Part shown: in pieces, positions 1 to 12,718 of the stretch
How positions within the stretch are numbered: position 1 is the stretch's first letter
Layout of the letters: the number at the start of each line of letters is the position of its first letter
From: the human T2T-CHM13v2.0 reference genome, Homo sapiens
DNA: 64,000 bases
NCBI RefSeq assembly: GCF_009914755.1
Contig: NC_060928.1
Reading direction: 5' to 3' (one strand)
Notes under the pieces: generated by a model
Told to the model about the DNA's origin: nothing
The model's input: only the letters and a program-made list of their open reading frames with translations
The model's database searches: none
Made by a program: the position numbers and the translations under genes

Positions 1-25
1 TTTCCATATTCATTTTCTTTCTGTT

Positions 26-769
<744 letters not shown>

Positions 770-2371
770 GAAAATTGGTACTGAAGAGTAGGACATTGCT
801 ATAAAGATATCTGAAAATGTAGAAGTGACTTTGGAACTGGGTCACAGGCAGAAATTGGAAAAGTGTGGAGGGCCCAGAAGACAAGAAGATGAGGGAAAAT
901 TTAGAACTTCTTAGAGACTTGTTAAATTGCTGTGATCAAAATGCTGGTATTGACATGGACAATGAATTTCAGGCTGAGGAGATTTCAGATGGAGATGAGA
1001 TACTTATTGGGAAGTGGAGCAGACATCACTTTTGTTATGCTATAGCAAAGAACTTGGAGGAATTGTGCCCCTGCTCTAGGGATACGTGGAAATTTGACCA
1101 TGACAGCGATGAGTTAGGGTATCTGGTAGAAGAAATTTATAAGCAGAAAAGTGGTCAAGATGTTGCCTGACTGCTTCTAATAGTCTATTCCCATATGTGT
1201 GAGCAAATCAATGATGTAAAACTGCAAGTTATATTTAAAGGGGAAGTAGAGCATAAAAGCTGGAAAAATTTTCTGCCTGGACATGCAGTATAGAAGGAAA
1301 ACCCATTTTCTGGGGAAGAATTCAAGCAGGATGCAGAAATTTGCATGAGTTAAGAGGAGCCAAATGTTAATAACCAAGGGGATGAGGGAAAGGCCTCAAA
1401 GGCATTTCAGAGACCTTTGCAGCAGCCCCTCTCATCACAGGCCTGGAGGCCTAGGAGGACTGAATGGTTTTCTGGGTGAGGCCCAGAGCCCTACTTTCCA
1501 GTGCAGCCTCAAGACACTGATCCCTGCATTCCAGCCACTCCAGTTCTAGTCATGGCTATAAGGGATCCAGTTACAGCTTGGACTGCTGCTTCAGAGAGTG
1601 CAAGCCATAAGCCTTGGCAGCTTTCATGTGTTGTTAAGCCTGTGGGTGCACAGCATGGAAGAGTTGAGGCTTGGGAGCCTCCACCTACATTTCAGAGGAT
1701 GTATGAAAAAGCCTGGTTGTCCAGTCAGCAGTCTGCTGCAGGGGCAGAGCCCTTATGGAAAACCTCTACTAGGGCAGTGCAGAGGGGAAATGTGGGATTG
1801 AAGCCCCCACACTGAGTCCCCACTGGGGCACTGCCTCATGGAGCCGTGAGATGTAGAGCACTATCCTCCAGTCCCTGGAATGGTAGAGCCACCAACAGCT
1901 TGCATCGCATGCCTGGAAAAGCTGCAGGCTCTCAGTGACAGCCCATGAGAGCAACTGTGGGAGCTGAACCCTGGAAAGCCACAGGGCTAGTACTGGTTAA
2001 GACCTTGGGAGCCCACCCTTTGCATCAGCATGGCTGGGATGTGAGAAATGAAGTCAAATGATATTATTTTGGATATTTAGGATTTAATGACTGCCCTGCT
2101 GGGTTTCAGACTTGCATGGGGCCTGTAGCCCCTTGCTTTTGGTACATTTCTGCCTTTTGCAAAGGGAATATTTATCCAATTCCTGTACCTCATTCATATC
2201 TTGAGGTAACTAACCTTTTTTTTATTTTACAGGCTCATAGATAAGAAGGGACTTGCCTTGTTTCAGATGAGACTTTGGACTTTTGAGTTAAGACTTTAGG
2301 GGACTGTTGGGAAGGCATGACTGTTTTGCAATTTGAGAAGGACATGATATTTGGGAGGGGCTGCGGTGGAA
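770..2371 (+). mobile_element. MSTA internal region (MST-int) with decayed MaLR ORF
   Basis: Lies between two MSTA LTRs; ORF fragments (865-1170, 1501-1815) resemble those of the THE1 internal region at 54608-56185. Confidence 0.9.
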
Positions 2372-2776
2372 TGATATGGTTTGGATCTGTGTCCCCATCC
2401 ATATTTCATGTTCAGTTGTAATCTCCAGTGTTGGAGGTGGGGCCTGGTGGGAGGTAATTGGATCATGGGGGCAGTTTCTTATGGTTTAACACCATTCCCC
2501 CTTGGTGATGTCATTGTGACATTGAGTTCTTATAAGATCTGGTTGTTTAAAAGTGTGTGGCACTCCCCCCTCTCTCTCAATCCTGCTCTTGCCATGTAAG
2601 ACGCCTGCTCTCACTTTGCCTTCCATCATGAGTAAAAGCTCCCTGAGGCCTCCCCAGAAGCAGATGCCACCATGTTTCCTGTACAGCCTGTGGCCATGAG
2701 CCCATTAAACTTCTTTTTATATAAATTACCCAGTCTTAGGTATTTCTTTATAGCAGTGTGAGAATGGACTAATACA
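2372..2776 (+). mobile_element. MSTA 3' LTR
   Basis: tgatatggtttggatctgtgtcccc ... ggactaataca. Confidence 0.92.
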
Positions 2777-4090
2777 ACTAGATAATCTCAACTAACCTAT
2801 CTTTCTATTTCTAGTAAAATAGATACTAGTTTGCTATTTCTTTCTTCCACCAGCTCAACTCTTCTGTTGAGCCCCACTAGTAGATTTTCATTTCAAAATA
2901 AAATTTCAAAATTTTATTATGCTTTTCAACTCCAGAATTTTTGTTTGTTTTTTTAAATAATTTCTATATTTTATTGATTTTCCTTATTATGACATTGTTC
3001 TTATACATATCTTTAATTCTTTAGACATGGTTTTTATTAGTACTTGAAAAATATGTTTATATATGTGTACACACATACAGATGTATATCTAACTCATTAA
3101 AAGTCTCTGTCTAGTAAACCAACATCCGAGCTTCTTCAGGCATATCTTCTAGTGAATGTATTTTTGCTTATACATAGGCCATACTTTTCTCTTTCTTTGT
3201 ATGCCACAATATTTTTGTGGAAAACTAGATATTTTAAATTGCATAATATGAAAAATGTTGACATCAGAATTCCTCACTTTCATATTTGTTGTTGTTGCTA
3301 TGTTGTAACACAGTGTGTGTCAGTGTATGCCTTCAAGATTTCATTGATTAACAACTCTACCTTAGTCTTCACATCCTGCTTTGTAGAGTCTCATCATCAG
3401 CCAGAGGTGAGAGATTATGGCCTTTCCTACTGTTCCTGGGCAAGCACATTGCCCTGCACATGTTCATGGCCTTCTAGATCTCTAGATGTATGTCTTCCTA
3501 AGAACATTTTATTCCCCATATTCCTTAAAGATTTAGAACTTTAAGACCTAAAGTTTTTGGTTAGTTTCTGTTTGTTTGTTCCAATTGGTATTGCTGCCCT
3601 AATCGGCTGTGATAAACAGTTACCACTGATTGTTTCTGACAAATGTCTTGGGTATAGAGCTTATACCACTGAGTGAATACTGAATTACATAAAACAAAAA
3701 CAAGCTCTGTGAATGAGAATTCTCTAGGGAGCTGCCAAACATGCCAAACAGTAACAATATTTGTATGTAAGTCTTAGGGGGATGATCTAGTGCCCTCTCC
3801 AGTAGCTGCTAGATTGTTGAGTTTTACAGCTACTGTTGTTGCAAGACTGATTATTTTGAAGGATATTGCAGAGCTGTGGCAAGGGGGATGCAAATAGAGA
3901 AAATTAACATGCCACAAAACTGGCTGTCGTTATGAAGACTCAGCTATTTTTCTTCAAAAAAATGCTCCTTGTAATGTTGCAAGCCTTTGGTAATTTCTAG
4001 AATGTAAAAAAAGTTGATTTTGACCATTTTTTGGGCAAGTGTTTTTTGTGCTTATGTTGGAGCTGACTTATTTTGTTATTCCAGAACTCT
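2777..4090 (-). mobile_element. Old mammalian L1 (L1M4/L1MC-MD type) 5'/ORF1 region, host of the MSTA
   Basis: Diverged match to antisense L1M ORF1 motifs (ctgttgagcccc, ttttcaactccagaattt); appears to continue from positions 1-25. Confidence 0.65.
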
Positions 4091-4139
4091 TGCGTGATGG
4101 TCTTTTAACTGGAATGCCTACTTATTACTCTTTTCCCCT

Positions 4140-4282
4140 CACAATACAGTCTTGATAGAGAAGCCTAAGAGAACTAGTAAAAGTATAAATCAGATCATAT
4201 CACTACTCTGACAAAAAACTTTTGAATTGGTATTTCTTAATGTTTAGAATTAAATTTAAGTTTCTGATTATGGTCTACAAAC
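4140..4282 (+). mobile_element. L2 LINE 3' fragment
   Basis: aaatcagatcatatcactactctg...atggtctacaa resembles the L2 3' region. Confidence 0.55.
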
Positions 4283-4614
4283 CATTTTGGCTTAAGAGAC
4301 TTTATAAGTGAGGTTCAAAAGCAGCAAAAAGGTAGCAAAAAGAGCATGGGGAATTACTTTGAAGCTGATATCTATACAAATCACATTTCATTTTAGGGGG
4401 AGGTGGAGTGTTGCTTTTGTTTGCTACTGACAATTGTAGTGATACAACTCTCTTATCTGTTGGATTATCTTGGCTCCTAACTGGACTTTTATTGCATCAT
4501 CTCTTTCCCCTTAGAAACTACAAATTGCTGATTTCTGAAAGCCTGTTCTTCCCTATTACATTATTCTCCTCTCATTAATTGTCTGTTTACTTTTACATCT
4601 GAATTTTAATCTAT

Positions 4615-4770
4615 TGTTGTAGACAAGGAGCTGTGCAACTCCATTCCCCCTTCAACGAAGGAATTATTGCCCAACCCTGAAGATGGTAGCCAACCAAGAA
4701 TTTCCTACATTCAGTTCCTTTGGGCCAGGCTCAGTTGCAGGGAGGAAACGTCACTGAGGTTGTGCATTCA
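4615..4770 (+). mobile_element. LTR16A-type 5' LTR (partial)
   Basis: ttcccccttcaacgaagga...; similar to 8284-8626 and 49192-49581. Confidence 0.65.
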
Positions 4771-7700
4771 CAACCCATGGTAATCATTTACCCTGAATTA
4801 TATATTAATTTATCCTGACTATATAATTGGGATTTAGATGCTTGTAAGATGGCACTATTGCATTTTTGGTCCTTGGAGTGCAGGGCAATGGCCTAATGAA
4901 AGCTTCTGAATATGCCCTCTCTGCCTTCAGCCAAGATAATAAATTTAAAAAAATAGTGCACAGTGAAAAACTGGGCATAGATGGAGAGTATAGAGTTACT
5001 ATTAAGAATCTAAAAAATGAAGGGATGGTGATATTTATCACATATAATATTAACTTACCAGTTTGGCCACTACAGAAACTAGATGTATCCTGTAGAATGA
5101 CTCTGCATTACAGCAAGCTCAAGTAAATAGTAGCTCTAACTACAACTACCGTGCCAAAGAAAGTATCTTTGCTAGAATGATTAATATGGCCTCAGGTATA
5201 TAGTTATTCTCCAGGACTATGTTAATTCTCTTTTCACAATGTAGTCTAAAGAGATATGGACCATTTTTTATATCCTGAAGACTATTACATTGATTCATTG
5301 CATCAATAATATGTAGATCTGGCTGGATGAGCAAGAGATGGCTAGTCTTGCTGCAGGCTCAGTAAGACAAATTTGCTCCAGAGAGTAGGAAATAAACCCT
5401 AAAAGATTTGGGGGCTGACCACTTGAGTAAAATTTTAGAGGTTCAGTGGCCAGAGGCTGCCAGTACATCCTTGTCCAAAGTCAAAGTTAAATTATTACAT
5501 ATTGCTTCTTATTCTGCCATGACTAAGAAAGCACAGTGCTTTGTGGGCTACTTTATGCTCTGGAGACAGCTTATTTAACACCTAGGGATACTGCTTTGCC
5601 TGGATGCTGAGTGACAAAACAAATTTTAAAAGTTGCTATCTTTGAGTATGGATGGAGCAGGAAAGAGCTCTGAGCAGACTGAGGCTGTGATATAAGCAGT
5701 ATTTCTTTTTGAACTATGCAATCTGTTGGAACCTACATGTTGGAAGTATCAGTGATAGGAAATGGGACCATGTTGATTTTGTGTGAAGCACAAGAGAGGT
5801 TCCTGGGGTAATGGAGAAATGCCATAAAACCAGGGAATATTATGTCTTTTGAAAAATAACTCTTGACAAGCTACCAGGCCTGACCATGGGACTGCAAGTG
5901 ACCATGTGGACAGAACTATCATGAGCTAGGTCCTGTAAGTGTTACTAAGCCATAGTCAGATAATACCAACAGTAACCCTATTATAAGATGAAAGTGTGAT
6001 ATCCAGGATTGAGCACAAACAGGTTCAGAGGACACAAGAAATTTGCATAAACAGGTAGTTGAGGTCCCTATGGCTCCCACAAGTAATAGTACAAGCATTT
6101 CTTTCTCAGCTCATTTCTATGGCTGTATGACATACTGTAGGACTAAAATTTAAAAAAATGAAAAATTTCTGAGTTTGGCTTCCAGATGGGTCAGCTTGGT
6201 ATGTAAGTATAGGCCAAATATGGATACCAGCTATGCTATAACCTTACTCAAGGATGCCTTGAAAAACTGTGGTACAGAAAAAATCTTTCCAATGGAGAGA
6301 GTGATTGTGATGTATCCAGGCCTTGACTTAGTATGAAAAGAGAAGTGACCCAAGGTTAGAATGCACACACACATTCATGGAAAAAGATTGGAAGATCATG
6401 GACAAGAAGATGTGGGATAAATGTATGTGGTTGAACATATGGGAGTGAATGAAGTTTGAGGATCTTTGTATTTCACATAATAACCACCAGCGAATATCAA
6501 CAATTGAGGAGGCACTAAACAACCAAGTACACAAAATGGCCTAGCCAATTGTCATTAGCCAGACTCTTTCAACAACTACTCCAATGTTGGCAAAATAGGC
6601 TCATAGATGAAGTGGCCACAGTGTCCATTTCATAGTGATATAGGAACTGTGCCTAGGCCCAAAACTGTGAACTCCCACTTACAACACGTGATCAAGCTTA
6701 GCCTTTGAATTTCCTACCTACTAGCAACAGACTAATTCTGAAACCCCAATAAGAACCATTTCTTCAGGAGACCAACCTGCCACTTGATAGAAAGTTGATT
6801 ATATCAGGACCCTCTGTTCCAGAATAGCCAGTGTTTTTTTACACAGACATGTTGATTATTGGTTTTCTTTTTTTGTCAATAGAATTTTGATCAGCACATT
6901 GTCCAGAGACTTAGAGAGTATTTAATTCATTGGCTTGTGGTACCACATAAAATTGTGTCAGACCAGATAAACTATTTTACAGCAAAGGGGTTGTGGAAAT
7001 GGGCCCATTACTGTGAGAGCTATTGCTAATATTACATGCCATGTCACTCCAAGTTGCTGGCCTGAGAGAGCATTGAAACAGCCTGTTTCAATGGGACCTC
7101 AGGGACCTCAACAGCTGCTCATAGGGACCTCAACAGCTGGTGTGCTAATTTGGCAGCAATATTCTGCAAGAAAAGGCACTATAGTCTAGGTTGCATTGTA
7201 CACATTTACATAAAGACCTGTATGTAGTGCATGCCTTCTATGGAAGGAATGCATGAGTTCAGAAACCAAGGTATAGGAAGAGGAATGGTACCTCATACTA
7301 TTAATTTCAGGGACTGATGAAGAATTTGCGTATCTTCTCCTTACAACTCTGAGTTCTGCATAGCTACAAGTCCTGATTACCAAAGGGGGAACATTTTCAC
7401 CAGTGGTACAAAAATAGTTCCATTGAATCATAAGCTATCACTGCTGCCTGGGCAGTTTGAGCTCTGTTTCTCTGGGAACCAGCAGGCAAAAATAAGGTTA
7501 TCATCTGTTCAGATTGCTGTTTCACAATACAGAGAGGAATATAAATAAAATCAGGTAATCTACTTGAGTTCCTCCTATGGTCTACTTGTGTCAACCCAAA
7601 ATTCATATATTGAAACCCTAATACTCAATGTGAGGGCATTTGAACATGGGGCCTTTGGGAGGTAATTAGGTCATCAAGACAGAACCCTCATGCTGGGATA

Positions 7701-8283
7701 AGTACACTTATAAGAACAGGCAGAAGAGAGCTTACATCCTTTCTCTCTGCTCTCAGCCATGTGAGAATATAATAAGAAGTTAGCTGTCTGTGAACCAATA
7801 ATTGGGCCCTCACCAGACACAAGGTTTTCTGGCACTTTTATCTTGGACTTCCCAGCCACCAGAACTGTTAGAAATGAGTATGTTGCTTATGCTACACAAT
7901 CTATGCTATTTTTGTTATAGTAGACTGGACTAAGACAATGTCTCTTGGTTCTTTTTTGCTTTATTGTGACTATAAATGGACAGCAATAGAAATCTCAGCT
8001 GGAGAAAAGCACAGTGATCATGGTTCAGGGATTTCAGAGACGAGTGTTTGCTTCATACCATCAGGTAAGCTTCCAAGGTCAGCAGAGTTGGTAGCTGATG
8101 GTGAGGGAATTCTAGAATGGATAGTGGAGAAGAAAGACGACGAGAATCAATTGCCTTCCTAAGGTTAACTTTCACTCCCTCCCTCTTCCATTTTCCTTCA
8201 GAAAAAGAGGCCTGCAGCAATCCTGGAGAGGCTGTCACTCTAATGTTTATGGAAAAGTCAGTAGAAGAGACATCATGATGAAC
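4771..8283 (+). pseudogene. pol: Ancient ERVL internal region (ERV3-16A3_I/HERV16-like): decayed protease, RT, RNaseH, integrase
   Basis: ORF 4866-5126 NLPVWPLQKLDVSCRMTLHYSKL matches ERVL RT NSPVWP.QK.DGSWRMTVDYRKL; LIHCINNI near 5290 is a degraded LVHYIDDI; many stops and frameshifts. Confidence 0.8.
7573..7937 (+). mobile_element. MLT1A-type solo LTR inserted in the ERVL
   Basis: caaaattcatatattgaaaccctaa ... ggactaagaca. Confidence 0.85.
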
Positions 8284-8626
8284 TATGGGAGACATAGAAA
8301 TACATCATGCAGATACTACCTCAGAGATCTTGATGCCCAGCTGTGGTCATTGCAGTCAGCAGGCAGCCTCCAGACCTCAGCTTCTTCAGGATTTGCCTTA
8401 GTTGCCCAAAGCTGTTTCACTCCAAGTCACAACATTCCTTTGGAAGCCCACAACTGATGACTGAGGGTTAGATATCTAAGGCCTGTCCATTTTAGCCTGA
8501 CATCAAATACCCTGACAGGTAGTATTCCCTTTAGAGGTGTTCACCAGGTTGGCCAAGACTTTGTTAGGTCTGCATTGCAGTTAAACTTCTTCCCCTGTTC
8601 ACTTCTACTTGCTATATCTTTCACAG
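8284..8626 (+). mobile_element. LTR16A-type 3' LTR (3' end truncated)
   Basis: gtcagcaggcagcctccag...ggtctgcattgcagttaaacttct LTR16A motifs. Confidence 0.7.
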
Positions 8627-9789
8627 ACTCATGGATTTTTGTAGTGTATTTTTAATCAAATTATTTTGTAGAAAGGGACTCTGAAAAAAAATAAAAACTT
8701 TTGTTTGTGGCCCTGTGTATGTACCCTAGAGGCAGTCACTACGGGACATAACCTGTGCAGTCCATTTCTTGGATAGTCGTCTTACTCTATACTCAATTCT
8801 GCTGGAGAACACTGGCCTCTGATTCCTTCTCTCATACCAATGACCCCTCACTGCTCGCTTAGTGTGCCAATAATATTCACTATTAATTTCTAGAAATGAA
8901 AGGCTTTATATAACAAAATATAACAAGCTGATCTTGACTGTAACTAGTTTTGACAATTGATACATTTCTTTTGTGTACTCAGAGAGATGCTGTTCACCTC
9001 TTTTTTGTTTCCTGAGACAACTTATATTACTTTCTTGGCAAGCATTTAGAACACCTGCACATAAACCACAGGTGAAATACAGAATAGAGCCCTCTATATT
9101 AATTTTCTTGGTAGCAATTAGTTGTACTTGTGTTTGTTCTCAGAAAGCTTCTGAACTACTGCTCAAAGCCAGCTCAATTTTGATGAAGGAGACTGATTTC
9201 TTAGCAATATTTTCAATCTTTGTACCCCATGCTGATAGCAGCTGGATCAGAAATACACTCAGCATTGCTTTCGTGCTTGACAGTTATAGTTGTGACCATG
9301 TTAATTACCATCCTGTCTAACAGCACAATGGGGACACTGTATAGCTCTGAGAGTGATTATAGTCTTGCCTTCTGCAGAAAGACTTTCTTGGAAATCATGA
9401 GTAATTTGTAATTAAAGAAGACGTTCCAATCATCCTTGGTAAATATATCTTTTTTCTAGAATAAAATTGTTTCACTTTCATTTTGGTTAGGTATTTTGCA
9501 AGTTAGGTATATCTGGGAATGGGATCCCAAGGGTCTCTTGTTCTGTAGTCTGTGACAGTTAAACATGAGAAAATGCCTTATTATAAAATGTGCCTTGTTT
9601 TATAATAAAAATGTAAAATTAATTTGTTTTACATTTAAATAAAGATTATTTTATATATGTAAAAGTTTTATAATAAGGCACAATGTGCATAATTATATAA
9701 CATATAGTATAATTATTTATACTAAGATTTATATGCATGAAATATATAAAATAATATATATTTAAATGTAAAATAAAGTAATTTATATT

Positions 9790-11760
9790 TTCATTTTTAA
9801 AATATATTCTGTTTAGGAGTGTACAAAAAATTATAACCCAATGAATTGTAAAGTGCAAAATGAACAACCATAAAATCACCATGTAGGTCAAGAAATAAAA
9901 CATGCCACCACCACAAAATTCCCCCTCATGTCCAGTACTGATCATGTCCAAACACTGATTCACCACCCCAGCCTCCAAAGTAAACATGCTTCTGACTTTT
10001 ATAATATATGCTTTTTTCTTTGCAGTTTTTTCACTGAAGCACAGATCTCTAATCATTACACTATAGTTTCATCTGTTGTCAAACTTCATATAAATCAAAT
10101 CATACAGTAAATGATTCATTTTATCTGCTTCTTTTGATCAATGTTTATGTTTAGTGAGACTCATCCATGTTGTTGCTTGTAGCAGTTTGTTCACCTTCAT
10201 TGATTCATAGTATTCTATTGTTTTATTATTGCACAAATTGTTATCCATTTTGTTTTATTTTTTTAATTGATGCATAATAGATGTACATAATTTTGGGATA
10301 TATGTGATAATTTAATACATTCATATAGTTGGTAAAGATCAAATCTGTGTACTTGGGATATCCATTACCTTAAATGTTTGACTTTTCTTTATACCAGAAC
10401 CATTTGAATTCTATTTCAAAATTGTATTCAAATTCAAAAGGCTACTTTGTAATGTATAATAGATGACTGCAAATTATATTAACTCTACTGATCTATCTAA
10501 CGCTAGTTCTTATTTCTTCAATTGGATGGCTCGTTTGTACCCATTTAGCAACTTCTCTTGATCTTCCTCTTTTTTAATGTTGGTAGACATTTGGGCTTTC
10601 TCCAGTTTGAAATGTTTGTAAATAATATGCAGTTTTGTGTACATCTTTTGCTGCACGTGTCCACATCTTTCTTGGTTATATAGATGGGAGTGGAATTTCT
10701 ATTATAGCATGTGCGTATTTTCAATATTAGTAGTTTACTCCAAACTCTTCTCAAAATGGTTGTCCCAGTTTATAATTGCACCAGCATTGTGTGATAGTTT
10801 CTGTTAATCTATATCCCTGTTAAAATGTTTCAGTCTCAATTTTAGTCATTAATGGGTTTCTAGTGGTATTTCTTTGGGATTTTCATTTCAGTTCTCTGAT
10901 TACTTCTAAGATTAAAATATTTTCATGTATTTATTTGCCATTAGGACTGTCCTTTTTATGAAGTAACTGTTTAACTGTCTTGCTTATTTTGGCTAGCTTT
11001 TTATTTTTGATTTGTAGAATTCTTTATATATTCATATATGTGTGTGATATTTTCTTCCGTACATTGGCTTGCCTTTATCTCCCTTGATTATATCTTTTGA
11101 AGGCTATAAGTTTTTAATTTTCATGTAGTCCAATTAAAAAATTTTTCTGGTTTAGTGTTTTTTGTGTTTTGTTTAAAAAGCTTTATCCTACTCCAAGGTC
11201 ATAAAGATATTCTCTTATAATACATTCTGAAAATTTCTAGTTTTGTCTTTTACATTTACACCTATATTATACTTAGTTTTGATATTTATTTATGATGTGA
11301 CACGAGTACATTTAATTTTTTCCAATATTTTTTCCAGTTGTTTTAGTGATAATTCTTTTGTCTTTGTCTGTCTGAATAGTATTTTGACTATTCTGAGTCT
11401 GTTACATTCAATTTAAATTTTAAGATAATTTGTAAAGATAGACACACACTACCACACTCCACACCCATACATCCTGTTGTAACTTTAATGACCTTTTGAG
11501 AAGTTTTAGAAGAATTGAAGGATTTATTTCTTCATAATATCAAGTCTTTCCAAAATAAACGTTATACCCCTACATTTATATAAGTATTTATTAGTTTCTT
11601 TCAATAATGTTTTATTGTTTTCAATGTAGAAACCTTATACATCTGGTCTAGATTTACTATATTACATAATTTTGATGCCACGGTAAATAGTATGTCCTTT
11701 AACATTTTTATTTTCTAGTCAATTGTTATGGGAACTTTCAGAAATATAATCGATTATTTT
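9790..11760 (-). mobile_element. L1ME-type LINE 3' end/ORF2 (resumes at 18706-18830)
   Basis: Antisense L1ME 3'UTR (caccatgtaggtcaagaaataaaacat) and ORF2 C-terminal remnant (ORF 10545-10754). Confidence 0.75.
10250..10545 (-). mobile_element. L1MA-type 3' end nested in the L1ME
   Basis: ttttaattgatgcataatagatgtacata...tttgtacccatt, typical L1MA4/5 3' terminus. Confidence 0.7.
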
Positions 11761-12606
11761 TTGTTCATCTGTATTTTATTTTATTTGTTTAATTTCCAAC
11801 TTTTAAGTTCAGGGGTACATGTGCAGGATGTGCGGGTTTGATACATAGGTAAATGTGTGCCATGGTTGTTTGCTGCACCAATCATCCCATCAGCTAGATA
11901 TTAGGCCCAGCATCCGTTAGCTATTCTTATGATCCTGTCCCTCCTCCCACCCACCACCCTCTGACAGGCCCCAGTGTGTGTTGTTCCCCTACATGTGTCC
12001 ATGGGTTTTCATCATTTAGATCTCACTTATACGTGAAAACATGCAGTATTTGGTTTTCTGTTCCTGTGTTAGTTTGCTAAGGATAATGGCCTCCACCTCT
12101 ATCCATATCCCTGCAAACAGCATGATCTAGTTTCTTTTTATTGCTGCATAGTATTCCATGGTGTATATGTACCACATTTTATCCAGTCTCTCATTGATGG
12201 GCATTAGGTTTATTCCATGTTCTTGCTATTGTGAATAGTGCTGTAATGAACATACATGTACATGTGTCTTTTTAATTTGGGTGTAAAATAAAAAATTTAT
12301 GGATATATAAAATGATTTATATTCCTTTGGGTATATACCCAGTAATGACATTGCTGTGTCAAATAATATTTCTGTCTCTAGATCTTTGAAGAATTGCCAC
12401 ACTGTCTTGCACAATGATTGAACTAATTTACCCTCCCACTAACATTGTAAAAGCATTCCCTTTTATCCACAACCTCACCAGCATCTGTTGTTTTTCGATT
12501 TGTTAATAATAGCCATTCTGACTTATGTGAGGTATTTCATTGTGTTTTTGATTTTCATTTCTCTAATGGTCGGTTATATTGAGATTTTTTTCATGTTTCT
12601 TGGTTG

Positions 12607-12718
12607 TATATATATATATATACATATATATGTGTATATATACATATATATGTATATTATATATGTACATATATAATATATATATGTATATATATTATAT
12701 ATATATGTATGTATGTAT
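12607..12718. repeat. (TA)n-rich microsatellite inside the L1
   Basis: Direct reading. Confidence 0.95.

Noticed and set aside
9600-10056. 136-aa hydrophobic ORF
   Set aside because: AT-rich low-complexity sequence plus L1ME 3'UTR; compositional artefact
10401-10438. tttgaatt...aattcaaa inverted repeat
   Set aside because: Short, AT-rich and inside an L1MA fragment; plausible by chance or local duplication
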